NCBI GenBank assembly: GCA_965198115.1
Contig: OZ240241.1
Location: 416,001 to 480,000 of the forward strand
DNA length: 64,000 bases
Direction: 5' to 3'
DNA from: Candidatus Latescibacterota bacterium
GTDB lineage: Bacteria > Latescibacterota > UBA2968
In this document: piece by piece, positions 41,938 to 52,666 of the stretch
How positions within the stretch are numbered: position 1 is the first letter of the stretch
How the letters are laid out: the number at the start of each line of letters is the position of its first letter
Notes under the pieces: generated by a model
Told to the model about the DNA's origin: nothing
The model's database searches: none
The model's input: only the letters and a program-made list of their open reading frames with translations
Made by a program: the position numbers and the translations under genes

Positions 41938-42182
41938 CTACTCTTTTGTGGCCAAAAGAGTAGCAGAAAAGCCCCGCTCAGGCGCCGCGGAGGCTGGTGG
42001 CCCACGCCGGCAGTACGATCCGGTCGGTGACGGCTGTGGTGGTGACCCGAAGTTTGGAGGTGAAAACAGCCGCGTTGCTCGCTGCCGCCTCTACCTGGGC
42101 CGCTATTCCGTGGCTGACGGGCTTGTTTAACGGTCTTAAGGAGCGCTTGGACTTCCATTGATCCACAAACAGGCGTAGGAAT
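41938..42182. repeat. Dispersed intergenic repeat, copy C
   Basis: CTACTCTTTTG-TGGC-CAAAAGAGTAG hairpin; 5' part matches A, 3' part matches B. Confidence 0.7.
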
Positions 42183-42241
42183 CCTTTGGAGTAACACTCG
42201 CTACTTGAAGCGACTCTTGAGTCCGGATCCGGGAGGAATCG

Positions 42242-42329
42242 ATGAAATTCGCTCAGTGGGTCTTCAGAATTGCTGGCGTTTATGGAATCCTAGTGGTTGC
42301 ACCGCTTTACTTTATGGAAGACAGGCTAG
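42242..42329 (+). pseudogene. Membrane protein N-terminus truncated by IS1182
   Basis: GGAGG + MKFAQWVFRIAGVYGILVVAPLYFMEDRL. Confidence 0.65.
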
Positions 42330-43883
42330 GAGCCTGTCGGGTTACACCCGGAAGCTCGTTGAGATTAAGTCCAGCTGAGTCTGTCAGCGACCGGTTACCT
42401 TCGTTTTTTCCTTGAGCCGAGTTCCTCTTCGGGATCAGGTAGCCAATGAGAGTCGATAGAGTTTCAGAAGGTTGTGTGTGAGACAGATCAGGTTCCATTC
42501 TCTGATGACTTTGTGGATTCGGCGGAATGAGAATCGGGTGAAGTTCCGAACGGATTTGATCTGTCCAAACACGGGTTCGATGATCTGTTTTCTTTTCCAG
42601 TAGGTGCAGCGACCTTTCTGTGTGAGAAGCTTTCTCGCCATTTTGTCTTTCGTCGTTGCGCCCTTGGGGATCCGTCCCCTGGGGCAGGTCGCGATGGGCG
42701 TTCCATGTTTTTGTTTTGTCGTCGCCACATAGAGGTCGACGCCATCTGATTGAACCTGATCGACCTGACTTTGGTTGAAGTATCCGGTGTCGGCAGTGAG
42801 GTGCTTGGGTGTCGTGCCGCCCATATTCGCTCTGATCTGGTTGACCATAGGTGTCATCTGGTTCTTGTCATCAGCTTCTTGGGTGACGTCGGCAGCAACG
42901 ACAATCTGGGCCTTGTCATCCACAGCAGCTTGGCAGTTGTAGGCTTGAAGGAATTGGCCCCCTGAGACCATGATCCGTGAGTCGGGATCGGTGAAGTTCA
43001 GTTGTTCCTTTCAGTCGGGCTCTTTCGATGGAGGCTTGGGCTTACGTCCACGACCGCCGCGGCGCTCCCGGGCCTTTACCTTCTCTTCATACGCTGCCTG
43101 CTTCTCAGGAAACTCAGCCTCCGCTTCGGCTTCGATCTCGGCTATTGCGTCGCGGATTACTTTGAGTCGAGTCTCCCGGTGCTGCAACTCCTCGGGCAAC
43201 TCGTCGCCGCGGTTGTCCTTTCCGTAGAGTTCGTCTTCGGCCGCGTCAGTGGCTTCGGCCTCGGTCAAGAGTCTGCGCACTTCGGCCTCGATCTCGGCTT
43301 CTTTCTTCTTCATCCGGCCGTAGCTCATCGCTTTGTGTTTTGAGGCATTTGCTTTGACTTTCGTGCCATCCAACGCCACGTGTCCCAGCTTCACCAGACC
43401 TGCCTTCACGCAGAGACACAGCACTTGCCTGAACAGACCTGAGAGGGCATCCAGATGCCGTTGACGAAAGGTCGATATCGTGTCGTGATCAGGATGCTGA
43501 TCCAGGCTGAGCACACGGAAAGCAACCGAGTCATAGGTCGCACGCTCGATCTTGCGGGAACTCCTGATGCCTTCACAGTAACCATACAGCAGTAGGCTCA
43601 CCATCATCCGGGGATCATACGGTGGCTGGCCACCTTGAGACCCATCGTAGGTCTCGTAGATCGCGGACAAATCAAGTTGTCCGACGATATCCAGAATGAA
43701 GTAGGTCGGATGACCCTTGGGAAGCCAACTCCGGAGATCCGGAGGCAGCAACATCAACTGAGCCGGATTGTAGACACGAAACCGAGTAGAAGTGCTCAAC
43801 GGAAACTTCCAATTCAGAGTCGGAACCTTGATCGCACTTCTACAATACGAAATCTTCCTCCGGCTGGGTACTCCGACAGGCTC
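42330..43883 (-). mobile_element. IS1182-family element; transposase with in-frame TGA at 43011-43013
   Basis: PYDPRMM, PDHDTI, ALDGTKVKANAS, FTDPDSRIM, QAYNCQ; IRs GAGCCTGTCGG; CTAG on both flanks. Confidence 0.93.
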
Positions 43884-45257
43884 CTAGTTGAAACTTAAAG
43901 GGCTCCAAACTTACGTTGTGGGTAGACGTGTGAGAGCGTGTACCCGTAAGAAAGGAGCCCACGATGGAGAAGCTATTTGCAGGGGGATGGCGAAGTCAAG
44001 GTTGGGTCAGACGTTATGGATTTGGAGACGCGTTTATCGGTGATCCGGGCGCTGATTCCGCTGGGTCTGGAGGCCGTTGCCGACGTGCTCCAGCAGGAGG
44101 TGGAGCAGCTCGCAGGCGTTCGGTATGCGCGTAAGGGTTCAGAGCAGTCGCATCGTCGATGGGGAAGCCAGAAAGGGTCCGTGTATCTGATGGACCAGAA
44201 GCTGCCGGTGGCCGTTCCCCGTGTGCGCGACGTCGAGTCCGATACGGAGGTTTCTCTGGCCGCATACCGGGGGATGCAGAGGCCCAGAGCGATGGATGAG
44301 AAGCTGCTGCTTCGTGTGCTCAAGGGAATCTCCTGTCGCAACTACAGAGCCTGTGCAGAGTCGGTACCCGAAGCGTTCGGAATCTCGGCATCCTCCGTCT
44401 CGCGACGGTTCATCAAAGCCACCGCAAAGAAGCTGAAGCAGTTCCAGGAACGACCGCTCGACGACTACGACTTGGTCGCCCTGTTCATCGACGGAAAGAG
44501 CTTTGCCGACGAAGAGATCGTGATCGCTCCGGGCGTCACGACGGACGGCCAGAAGATCCCCCTGGGCTTCGTCGAATCGGCGACGGAGAACGAACGGATC
44601 TGCCGTCAGCTGATCCAGGATCTCATCCGGAGAGGCCTGTGCTACGACCAGGGCCTTCTCGTTGTGCTGGACGGCTCAAAGGGACTCCGCAGTGCCGTCA
44701 CCAAAGCCCTCAAAGGGGATGTGTGCGTGCATCGCTGTCAGTGGCACAAGCGCGAGAACGTCGTCAGCTACCTCCCGGAGGCAGAACGTCCAAGAGTTCG
44801 ACGGAAACTTCAGAAAGCCTATGACTGCGACACCTACGAGGAGGCAAAGGCCGCACTCGAATCACTCAAACCCGAACTCAAGCTGATGAATCAGTCTGCC
44901 GTGGCAAGCCTCGAGGAAGGACTGGAGGAAACCCTGACCCTCCACCGGCTGGGGATGCTCCCGTTCTTGAAGCGAAGCTTCCGAACCACCAATTGCATCG
45001 AGGCGCTCAACAGCATGACCGGCAACCTGATACGGAAGGTCAACCGCTGGAACAACTCTCCTCAGCGACACAGATGGGTCGCGGCCGCACTCCTCGACAT
45101 CGAACCACGCCTGCGACGCGTGAGCGGATACAAACACCTCCCGCTGCTCAGGCAAGCACTGAAAAACAACCTGAATCTCGGCGACAATCAAGATGCTCGG
45201 CAGAGAGCATGAATACCACGGAGCCCGATGAGTTTCAACTGACTATGGGACTTGACC
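43884..45257 (+). mobile_element. IS256-family element B, copy 2 (left tip missing)
   Basis: Transposase 43977..45212 identical in translation to 21159..22394. Confidence 0.94.
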
Positions 45258-45709
45258 ACGTCCTCTTCGCTGATCAGACACTCTTCTCCGAATTCATTGA
45301 GATGGTATCGAATGGTTCCTGTTCCTACAGATTCAAAATCGATCCGTGGAACGATGAGGGCATCATCGATCTCCCCCCGCCGGTTGTCATAGCCCTGTCG
45401 GGACAACTCATCGGAGAGGCTGGGCCCGACTCTCCGGAACCTCGTCCTCTGACCAACACTGAACGAGGCGCCACGCAGAATCTGATTACACAGCTTCTCT
45501 CAGACCTGGAAAAGAGTTGGGCTCCTTTGATCGCCCTGCAGGCCTCGAACGCGTCCCCGATCGAGGATGAGATGCAATACGCCGAGGTCGCCAATCCATC
45601 GGACCTCGTGGTCATCATCGGTCTGACCATTCGAGTGGGAATTGTTGCTGGCCAGATGACGCTCATCTATCCCTACAGCAGTCTCGACGCGCTTCCGCGC
45701 AGGAATTGA
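45258..45709 (+). pseudogene. FliM middle (CheC-like) domain, 5'-truncated, no SpoA tail
   Basis: DQTLFSEFI, RPLTNTE, LSDLEKSWAPL, V.P.DLVVII, GQMTLIYPYSSL. Confidence 0.7.
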
Positions 45710-45790
45710 CTTCCACGTGCTGAGTCTCGAACCCAGAACTCTTAGTTCTTTTCTGATCCTCATTCCCAGGCTTTGCCTTGGACCGGTTTT

Positions 45791-45816
45791 CTCCGTGCGC
45801 TCCGTGTACTCCGTGG
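45791..45816. repeat. 9-mer tandem repeat CTCCGTGNN x3
   Basis: CTCCGTGCGCTCCGTGTACTCCGTGG. Confidence 0.8.
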
Positions 45817-45833
45817 TAGGATTTTCCTGATAA

Positions 45834-48302
45834 ATGACATCCAGACTTCGATTCACCCTCACCCACCGAGGCTATTTCACTCAGTCGCTCGCATTCGCAT
45901 GGCCTGAGGAGAGCGGCGGCGATGAACTCGCCGCGACGGTCACCGTTACACAGCCATATGGTTACACTCAGACCCTTGCGTCCACTGCGATGCGTGCAAA
46001 CGACCGGGGCGAAATCACCCTCGACTATCCCCTTCTCGACGAAGGACGCTACGCATCACGACCATCCAAAGATGCGGAGGGCAGAGCACCCTGGGGCATG
46101 GGCGTATATCGGTTCGATGTCGAGCTTTCGTCCAAGGGAAAGACTGTTGCGGCCGGTGTCCTGAATCTCGATCCAAACACCTTCTTCGGCGAGATCGGTG
46201 GTATGCGACTCGCTCAGGTGGATTCCCTCCATCAATTCATCGAATGTGCGCCCACACGCCCCGCCTTCATCGACACGAGTGAACTCGCCTTCACCATTCG
46301 GACGTTGCCGGAGCGCGTGAAATCCTGTGATGTCGAAGTCGATATCGTACGCGCACGGAATCCCGACTCCCTCACCGATCCGATCCGACTATCTCTCGCC
46401 GGAAAAGCAAAACGTTTCACCATCGATGCGTCTGGGTGGGCGCAAGGCGAGTACTGGCTGCGCTTACGTCTCCTTCGAAATGGTGAGCGAGTCGGTCCCT
46501 ACCTCGTCCGTCAGGTCTACGTCGAGAAACCACACATCGACGCCCGACCGCAGAACCCGCTCCGGATCGGCCACGCACCGCAACATCTGGTCGACGATTG
46601 GTGTTTCGCGACATCGAAAGGACTGAAACACGAACCAGACCAACTGGAAGTCGTATCAGACGGCCCGATTGTCGACATCGATCAGCCGTGGGAGCAGGGT
46701 CCCGACCATCTCACGCTCGAGTCCTTTTCCTACGATCAGAAGGCACGCCAGTTCCGAGCCCTCTATCACGCCGGACCACTGAGCGAGGACAAGCGTCTGT
46801 GGGACATGGGTGTACGGTCCACACTCACGGCTTACTCGACGCGCTATCTCTGCCTTGCCGTTTCCAGTGACGGAATCCGGTGGGAAAAACCCGACCTCGG
46901 GCTCGTCGAGTTTCAGGGATCGAAGAAGAACAACATCGTCCGCGACAAGGCCGGCGAGGCGTTCCTGTTATCTGGTGAGTTCGATAGCTTTCCGGTTCCG
47001 GTCAAAGAGCGACCGATCCCCAGGAAGTATCGCTATCGATACTACGACCCGAAGACCGACGGGCCGGTCGACATGGATAACTTCGTGTTCCGCGTTTTCC
47101 TGGGCGAGAGCATGGAGCCGGACGATCAGTTCGAAGGAGACTTTCGCCCGAAGCATCGCGAATTCTGGGGTCTGGAACGCAGAGGCGATACTTTCCTCGC
47201 CCTGACCCGGCGTCCCGTTCTCCAGGGCGCCAGAGGCATGCAGCTCCAGTACACGAACGAGCGTGCGTCCACGTATCCCTTCGAGGGGGATCCGATGGCG
47301 CTCTACCAGCCGGTCGGCCGATCGACCTGTACCTACTACCACCGCAAGAGCAAGACCTTCTTCTACTACTATCGGCCTGACTATCCGGCCTACCCGCCCC
47401 ACGGTCTCCCTTTCTATCTCTGGCACAAGGTGGCGGCGATCCGCACACGCGCCGTCCTGTGGACGAGCGACGGTATCCACTGGAACCGGCGGTATATGAC
47501 GATGCCCGACGAGCACGACCCGCCCGGTACAACACTCTACAGATTCGGATTCCTGAAGCCCGAGGGCCGTGAGGTCAGCGACGCAGACGATCAGCTGTTC
47601 CTGGGCGCGCTCCTCAATTGGGACCTCGCTTCGCAGAGACACCGCCAGCACCTGATGTGGAGCCGAGACCTCATCAACTGGAGCAAGTTCGGAAGCAACC
47701 GAATGCCGCTACTCGAAAACGGGCCGGTCGGAACGTGGAACGCCAGCACGAGCGGACTGGCGAGCTACTACACCCTCAAAGACGAAGCGGAAGAAGAATG
47801 GCTTTTCGCATTCACGGGGACCAGCTGCCGATATATGCTCGGTGGTGCACGTGAGTGCGCATCACTCGAAGACTACAAGGCTCAGTTCCCGTATCACGAA
47901 CTGGCTCCCTTTTTCACGACCTGGGAGGATTTCTTCGAGGAGGCCACGACCTCTCGCGTGCTCACCGGCCTGGCAAAGTGCAAGGCGGGCAGGCTCGCTC
48001 ACGTCGAACCGTATGAGAAGCGAGGCGAGTTCACCACCCTGCCTATCGTCGTGGAGGGCAGCCGGCTCTTGATCAATGCTCGCTGCGAGGCGGGTGGTTC
48101 GATACGTGCGGAGGTTCAGGACGCGGAGGGGAACCCGCTACCCGAGCTCTGTCTCGACGACGCACTCGTGTTCTCGGGCGATCGGGTCGCCCACGAAGTT
48201 CGCTGGAGACGGGCTAGGTTTGAGGAAGTGAATCGACGCGTGATCCGGCTGCGTTTTGTCCTTGAGGGTGCGAAGCTCTATTCGTTCCGGGTTGCGAGCT
48301 GA
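45834..48302 (+). CDS. Uncharacterised beta-propeller glycoside-hydrolase-like protein
   Basis: LAVSSDGIRWEKPDLGLVEFQGSKKNNIV, Asp-box-like TSDGIHW and SRDLINW, conserved tail LRFVLEGAKLYSF. Confidence 0.65.
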   Translation: MTSRLRFTLTHRGYFTQSLAFAWPEESGGDELAATVTVTQPYGYTQTLASTAMRANDRGEITLDYPLLDEGRYASRPSKDAEGRAPWGMGVYRFDVELSSKGKTVAAGVLNLDPNTFFGEIGGMRLAQVDSLHQFIECAPTRPAFIDTSELAFTIRTLPERVKSCDVEVDIVRARNPDSLTDPIRLSLAGKAKRFTIDASGWAQGEYWLRLRLLRNGERVGPYLVRQVYVEKPHIDARPQNPLRIGHAPQHLVDDWCFATSKGLKHEPDQLEVVSDGPIVDIDQPWEQGPDHLTLESFSYDQKARQFRALYHAGPLSEDKRLWDMGVRSTLTAYSTRYLCLAVSSDGIRWEKPDLGLVEFQGSKKNNIVRDKAGEAFLLSGEFDSFPVPVKERPIPRKYRYRYYDPKTDGPVDMDNFVFRVFLGESMEPDDQFEGDFRPKHREFWGLERRGDTFLALTRRPVLQGARGMQLQYTNERASTYPFEGDPMALYQPVGRSTCTYYHRKSKTFFYYYRPDYPAYPPHGLPFYLWHKVAAIRTRAVLWTSDGIHWNRRYMTMPDEHDPPGTTLYRFGFLKPEGREVSDADDQLFLGALLNWDLASQRHRQHLMWSRDLINWSKFGSNRMPLLENGPVGTWNASTSGLASYYTLKDEAEEEWLFAFTGTSCRYMLGGARECASLEDYKAQFPYHELAPFFTTWEDFFEEATTSRVLTGLAKCKAGRLAHVEPYEKRGEFTTLPIVVEGSRLLINARCEAGGSIRAEVQDAEGNPLPELCLDDALVFSGDRVAHEVRWRRARFEEVNRRVIRLRFVLEGAKLYSFRVAS

Positions 48303-48311
48303 GAGGTCCAG

Positions 48312-49547
48312 ATGAAAGTCACTGAGATCGAAGTTCACGAGATCACCGTTCCCTACGTCGACTGGATCGCCTACCAGCTGAACCATTACTACGGGCCCAC
48401 GCGTCGAACCGTCTACATCGCTCATACGGATACGGGTCTTATCGGCATCGGGGAAAGCGGGGGCACAGAGCCAGAGGAAACGGTCGGTCACTACCTGGGT
48501 ACGAACCCGTTCGATCACGTTGGCGACGAAGTCTCGTTAGGGATCGGAACTGCGATGTACGATCTGATGGGACAAGCCGCTGGCGTGCCCGTCTACAAGC
48601 TGATCGGACAGAGGTATCGCGCGTGGGTGCCCACCGGCAGCTGGACCGTATCCACCCATCCAGACCGAATGGCAGAGGCTGTCCGGGAATACAGTGCCCT
48701 GGGTTACACCTGGATGAAGTATCACCTGTCACCGTTCGAAAACGTCATCGACCAGACCGAAGCCATGCAGGCCGTCGCCCCCGAGGGTTTCCGCGTTCAC
48801 TACGACTTCACGATGCACGGGACGGACGACCATATGATCGAGCTTCTCAACAAGCTCGCCCGTTACCCGATCGCTGGCTGCTACGAGGACGCGCTCCCTC
48901 CCGAAGACATTCCGGGTTACATCGAGCTGCGAAAACGCTCACCCCTTCGTAGCGTGCTCCATCACTTTCCACTCGGGGCGTCCTACGAGGTGCTGATGGG
49001 CGCGGCTGACGTCTACATGCTCGGCCACAGCAAGATTGGTGACGCGATTCGTCGTTCGGGTCTCTTCGCAGCTGGGAACATGCCTTTCATGCTGCAGAAC
49101 GTGGGCGGTCACATCACCCAGGCGATGACCAGTCAGATGATGGCCGCGTTTCCTTCGGCAAACTTCCACTTCTTCTGCGATTGCGAAACATGGTCGGACG
49201 ACGTCGTGGAAGAGCAACCGGAAATCGTAAACGGCTTCATCCGGGTCTCCGAGAAACCTGGGCTGGGCGTGACCCTCGATCGTGACGCACTCGATCGATT
49301 GAAGGCTCTCGAGTTACCGGAACAGCCGAAGTGGATCATGAAGTCTCGTTACAAGAACGGCACACGGATGTACAACCTGATCGACACGAGCAATTCGCTC
49401 TTTCTTGTCCGTCCCGATCGTCAGCGTGAAATCACACTGAGCTACGATTCACCGATCGAGTCGGAGTATTGGGACGATGATGGGACGAAGGCGTTCAGAA
49501 CGATGTTCGCACGCCTTCGGCAGGAAGGGACGATTCTGGAGAAATGA
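48312..49547 (+). CDS. Mandelate racemase/muconate lactonising enzyme family
   Basis: HTDTGLIGIGE, AMYDLMG..AGVPVYKLIG, PGLGVTLD. Confidence 0.9.
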   Translation: MKVTEIEVHEITVPYVDWIAYQLNHYYGPTRRTVYIAHTDTGLIGIGESGGTEPEETVGHYLGTNPFDHVGDEVSLGIGTAMYDLMGQAAGVPVYKLIGQRYRAWVPTGSWTVSTHPDRMAEAVREYSALGYTWMKYHLSPFENVIDQTEAMQAVAPEGFRVHYDFTMHGTDDHMIELLNKLARYPIAGCYEDALPPEDIPGYIELRKRSPLRSVLHHFPLGASYEVLMGAADVYMLGHSKIGDAIRRSGLFAAGNMPFMLQNVGGHITQAMTSQMMAAFPSANFHFFCDCETWSDDVVEEQPEIVNGFIRVSEKPGLGVTLDRDALDRLKALELPEQPKWIMKSRYKNGTRMYNLIDTSNSLFLVRPDRQREITLSYDSPIESEYWDDDGTKAFRTMFARLRQEGTILEK

Positions 49548-49711
49548 ACGTTTACCACTACCCGACGGACTCGGAGGAGCGGGTGTAGTGTTCGGTGGCA
49601 TTGTTTTACCGAATTGATCTGCGACTTGCTGCCCCCAGCTCCCAACTTCGTTACAGTAGACGGGTTTCCCCGAACACCGAACTCCCGAACACTAAAAACC
49701 CCGGATAGCCA

Positions 49712-51220
49712 ATGGACATCACTGAGCTAAAGCAACAACGCCGCCAGGCCGCTCACCGAAAGCGGGGCCTCATCTTCAACGACGATGGCTGCCCGATGGT
49801 ATATACGGTCAAGGAAGCATCGCCGGAGGCGTTACTGGCGGAAAGGACAACCGGTCTCCTCGGAACCCACCTCGGATCGATTTTCTACTGTCCGTGGACA
49901 GCTGGACTGGGTCACGTGACCTATCCGAGCGACGTCGCCGAGCCCTTCTATGCCGACTCGGGGATCTTCGCCGCCAACATGACCCGAACGTTTCACGAGC
50001 AAGGTCTCGATCCCGTCCAGATCATGATCGACTTCGCGCGCAAACACAGAATCGAGATCGTTGTCTCGATGCGGATGAACGACATTCACGATGGCTATCC
50101 GCAGTGGCGGGAGATGTTGCCGCAGTTCAAGAAGGATCATCCTCATCTGCTTCACGGTTCCGAGGAGGAACCCCCGCTCTTTGGATTTTGGAGCGGAATG
50201 ACTTACGACGAGCAGGCCGTCCAGGATCGTGCGTTCGAAATCCTCGAGGACATCTGTTCACGCTACGACCTCGATGGGATCGAGCTCGACTGGCAGCGTC
50301 ATCCGCCCCACTTCAGGTGTTCGACGAGGGGCGAAGACTGCACGTCGACAGAACGGGACATCATGACGCGCTTCCATCGCCGTCTCAGGGATATGACCGA
50401 GCAAGTAGGACTCGAGCGTGGGAGACCTCTTCTGACAGCCGTTCGCGTGCCCGCCTCGATCGCGTGTTGCGAAGCCATCGGGTTGGACGTTTCCGCGTGG
50501 GTGGAGCAGGATTTGGTTGATCTACTATGTCCCGGTGAGTGGGAGCTGTCCCCCTGGAATGAGTGGGTTGCGCTGGGCAAGCAGTTTGACAAACCGGTCT
50601 ACCCCAGCATGAGCTGGTCGGGATCCCGGAAGCGGCAAGGACCGATCGGAACGACAGACGGAATGGGTCTTCGGAACTTCCGCGCCCGGGCAATGAACGT
50701 CTGGCACGCCGAGTGCGACGGTGTTTCGACATTCAACCTGTTCGACCCGACAAACTCGTTCTGGGCCGAAGGCGGCGATCCGAAGGTCCTGGCTCGCCTG
50801 GGCAAGGACTACTTTCCAGACGGACACTTCCGATTCCTGCTCGGTCGCGACATTCGGGACCTCTTACGATTCTGCACACTTCCCACGATGCTCGATCCTG
50901 AGATACCCGTGCCGCTCGAACCCACGCGTCCCTTCGATGTCGCAATCACGATCGGAGAGGATCCGGGACAGGACCCCACGTCCGCAGTCACCGTGAGTGT
51001 CTGCGTGGAAGGACTTACAGCAGCGGAGGGGATAATTGTCAGTCTCAATGGACAGAAGGTGGAAGGGGGCACCCTCAAAGGCAGGTGGGTCAGCTATCCG
51101 GTCGCGTCCATCCGAATCAAGAAGGGATTGAACGAGATTCGCGTGATCAACCGCGAACCCACGTTCAAGAGGATTGTGTTGCACGACGTACACGTGGGAA
51201 TTCGCTACGGGAGGGACTAA
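49712..51220 (+). CDS. GHL10-like TIM-barrel glycoside hydrolase
   Basis: LIFNDDG, SMRMNDIH, YDLDGIELDW.RHP. Confidence 0.7.
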   Translation: MDITELKQQRRQAAHRKRGLIFNDDGCPMVYTVKEASPEALLAERTTGLLGTHLGSIFYCPWTAGLGHVTYPSDVAEPFYADSGIFAANMTRTFHEQGLDPVQIMIDFARKHRIEIVVSMRMNDIHDGYPQWREMLPQFKKDHPHLLHGSEEEPPLFGFWSGMTYDEQAVQDRAFEILEDICSRYDLDGIELDWQRHPPHFRCSTRGEDCTSTERDIMTRFHRRLRDMTEQVGLERGRPLLTAVRVPASIACCEAIGLDVSAWVEQDLVDLLCPGEWELSPWNEWVALGKQFDKPVYPSMSWSGSRKRQGPIGTTDGMGLRNFRARAMNVWHAECDGVSTFNLFDPTNSFWAEGGDPKVLARLGKDYFPDGHFRFLLGRDIRDLLRFCTLPTMLDPEIPVPLEPTRPFDVAITIGEDPGQDPTSAVTVSVCVEGLTAAEGIIVSLNGQKVEGGTLKGRWVSYPVASIRIKKGLNEIRVINREPTFKRIVLHDVHVGIRYGRD

Positions 51221-51237
51221 GGGTTCGGAATAAATAA

Positions 51238-52657
51238 GGCTCTATCCGGGTTTCTCAACGGTGAAACTATAGAATGACAAGGTCATAGATCGTTCCCTAC
51301 GCTTGGTTGTGTGTGTAGGACAATCAAAGCGAAGGGGGTGCGACCTATGACCGGGAGCAGATTACTATCGAAACTGCTGAGATTCAAGGGGTTCCGTGTT
51401 GTCAGCTGGTGGTTTGAGGGGAGAAGCTGCTTCGTCATCGCCGTAAAGCCACATAAGAATGGTTGTTGTTGTCCGGAGTGCGGCCGTCGAGGTAAAATCG
51501 TCCGCACAATGCCCCATCCGCGTCGGTGGCGTGACATTCCGGTGTGCGGGTGGAGGGTCTGGCTTCTCTACCATCCTCGGGAGATTCGGTGTCCTACCCA
51601 CGGTCGTGTGGTCGAGGAGATTCCGTGGGCGGAGCGGTTCTCTCGGGTGACGTATCGCTTCGAGTATGCCATGCTGCGCTACTGCCAGACCATGACGCAG
51701 AAGGCGGCGTCCGAGTTGCTGCGCATCTCTGCCTCGACGCTGTCGGATCTCCGTCACCGATCCATCACGCGGCTTCGTGAAGGTCATCGTATCCGAGGGC
51801 TCAAAACCATCGGGATCGACGAGATCTCCTACGCCAAGCGTCACAGGTACGCCACGCTCGTTTACGATCTGGACCGCTCCTGCGTGGTGTGGGTTGGCCG
51901 CGGCAGGGCGCGTAAAACGATCGATCGGTTCTTCACAGAGGCTCTCAGTCCCTACCGGAGATCCAAGATCGAGTGGGCCTGCTGCGACATGAGCGAAGCT
52001 TACATCGGAGCCATCCAGGAACACTGTCCGAATGCCAAGCTGGTCCTCGATCGCTTTCACATCGTCAAGGCTCTCAATGCCGCCGTTGACGAGGTCCGTA
52101 AGGACCAGTGGCGTAAAGCTGCCCCGGATGAGCGCAAAGCCATGAAGGGCCTCCGATGGCTCCTCTACCGGCACTCAGCGACACGCTCCAGAGGGGATAC
52201 TCGGACACTCAAAGCACTGGAGAAGGCGAACTACCGAATCTATAGAGCCTGGAGACTCAAGGACGAGTTCGAGCAGTTCTGGGAATACAAAGCGCCCTGG
52301 GCTGCCGAACGCTTCCTGAAATGCTGGACGACGTCCGCACTCAGAAGTCGACTTGAACCCCTGCGAAAGTTCGTCAGGACCCTGCGACAGCACTTCTTCG
52401 GCGTCCTCGCATTCGTGAACACGCGTCTTACCAACGCCATCGCCGAAGGCCTCAACCGAATCGTCCAAATCGTCAAGAACCGAGCCAGCGGATTCCGCAC
52501 ACTCGACGCATTCAACGATATGATCTTCCTTACCGTCGGAGACATAAACATCCCTGAGCAGATTCCGAAGAGGTTCCGCACACTCTAACCGCGCCCCCAT
52601 GCCAGGAACCACGGCACCTTCACCCACTTCATCTCGTTGAGAGATCCGGATATAGCC
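51238..52657 (+). mobile_element. ISL3 copy (transposase 51311..52588)
   Basis: Both IRs; left flank ATAAATAA. Confidence 0.97.
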
Positions 52658-52666
52658 AATAAAAAA

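Noticed and set aside
24715-42182. Integron attC sites for the three-copy intergenic repeat
   Set aside because: No RYYYAAC...GTTRRRY boundaries in the proper arrangement and no intI in the window.
40673-43013. Stop-codon recoding (Pyl/Sec or alternative code)
   Set aside because: TAG and TGA terminate many other genes normally; no Pyl/Sec machinery or catalytic rationale.
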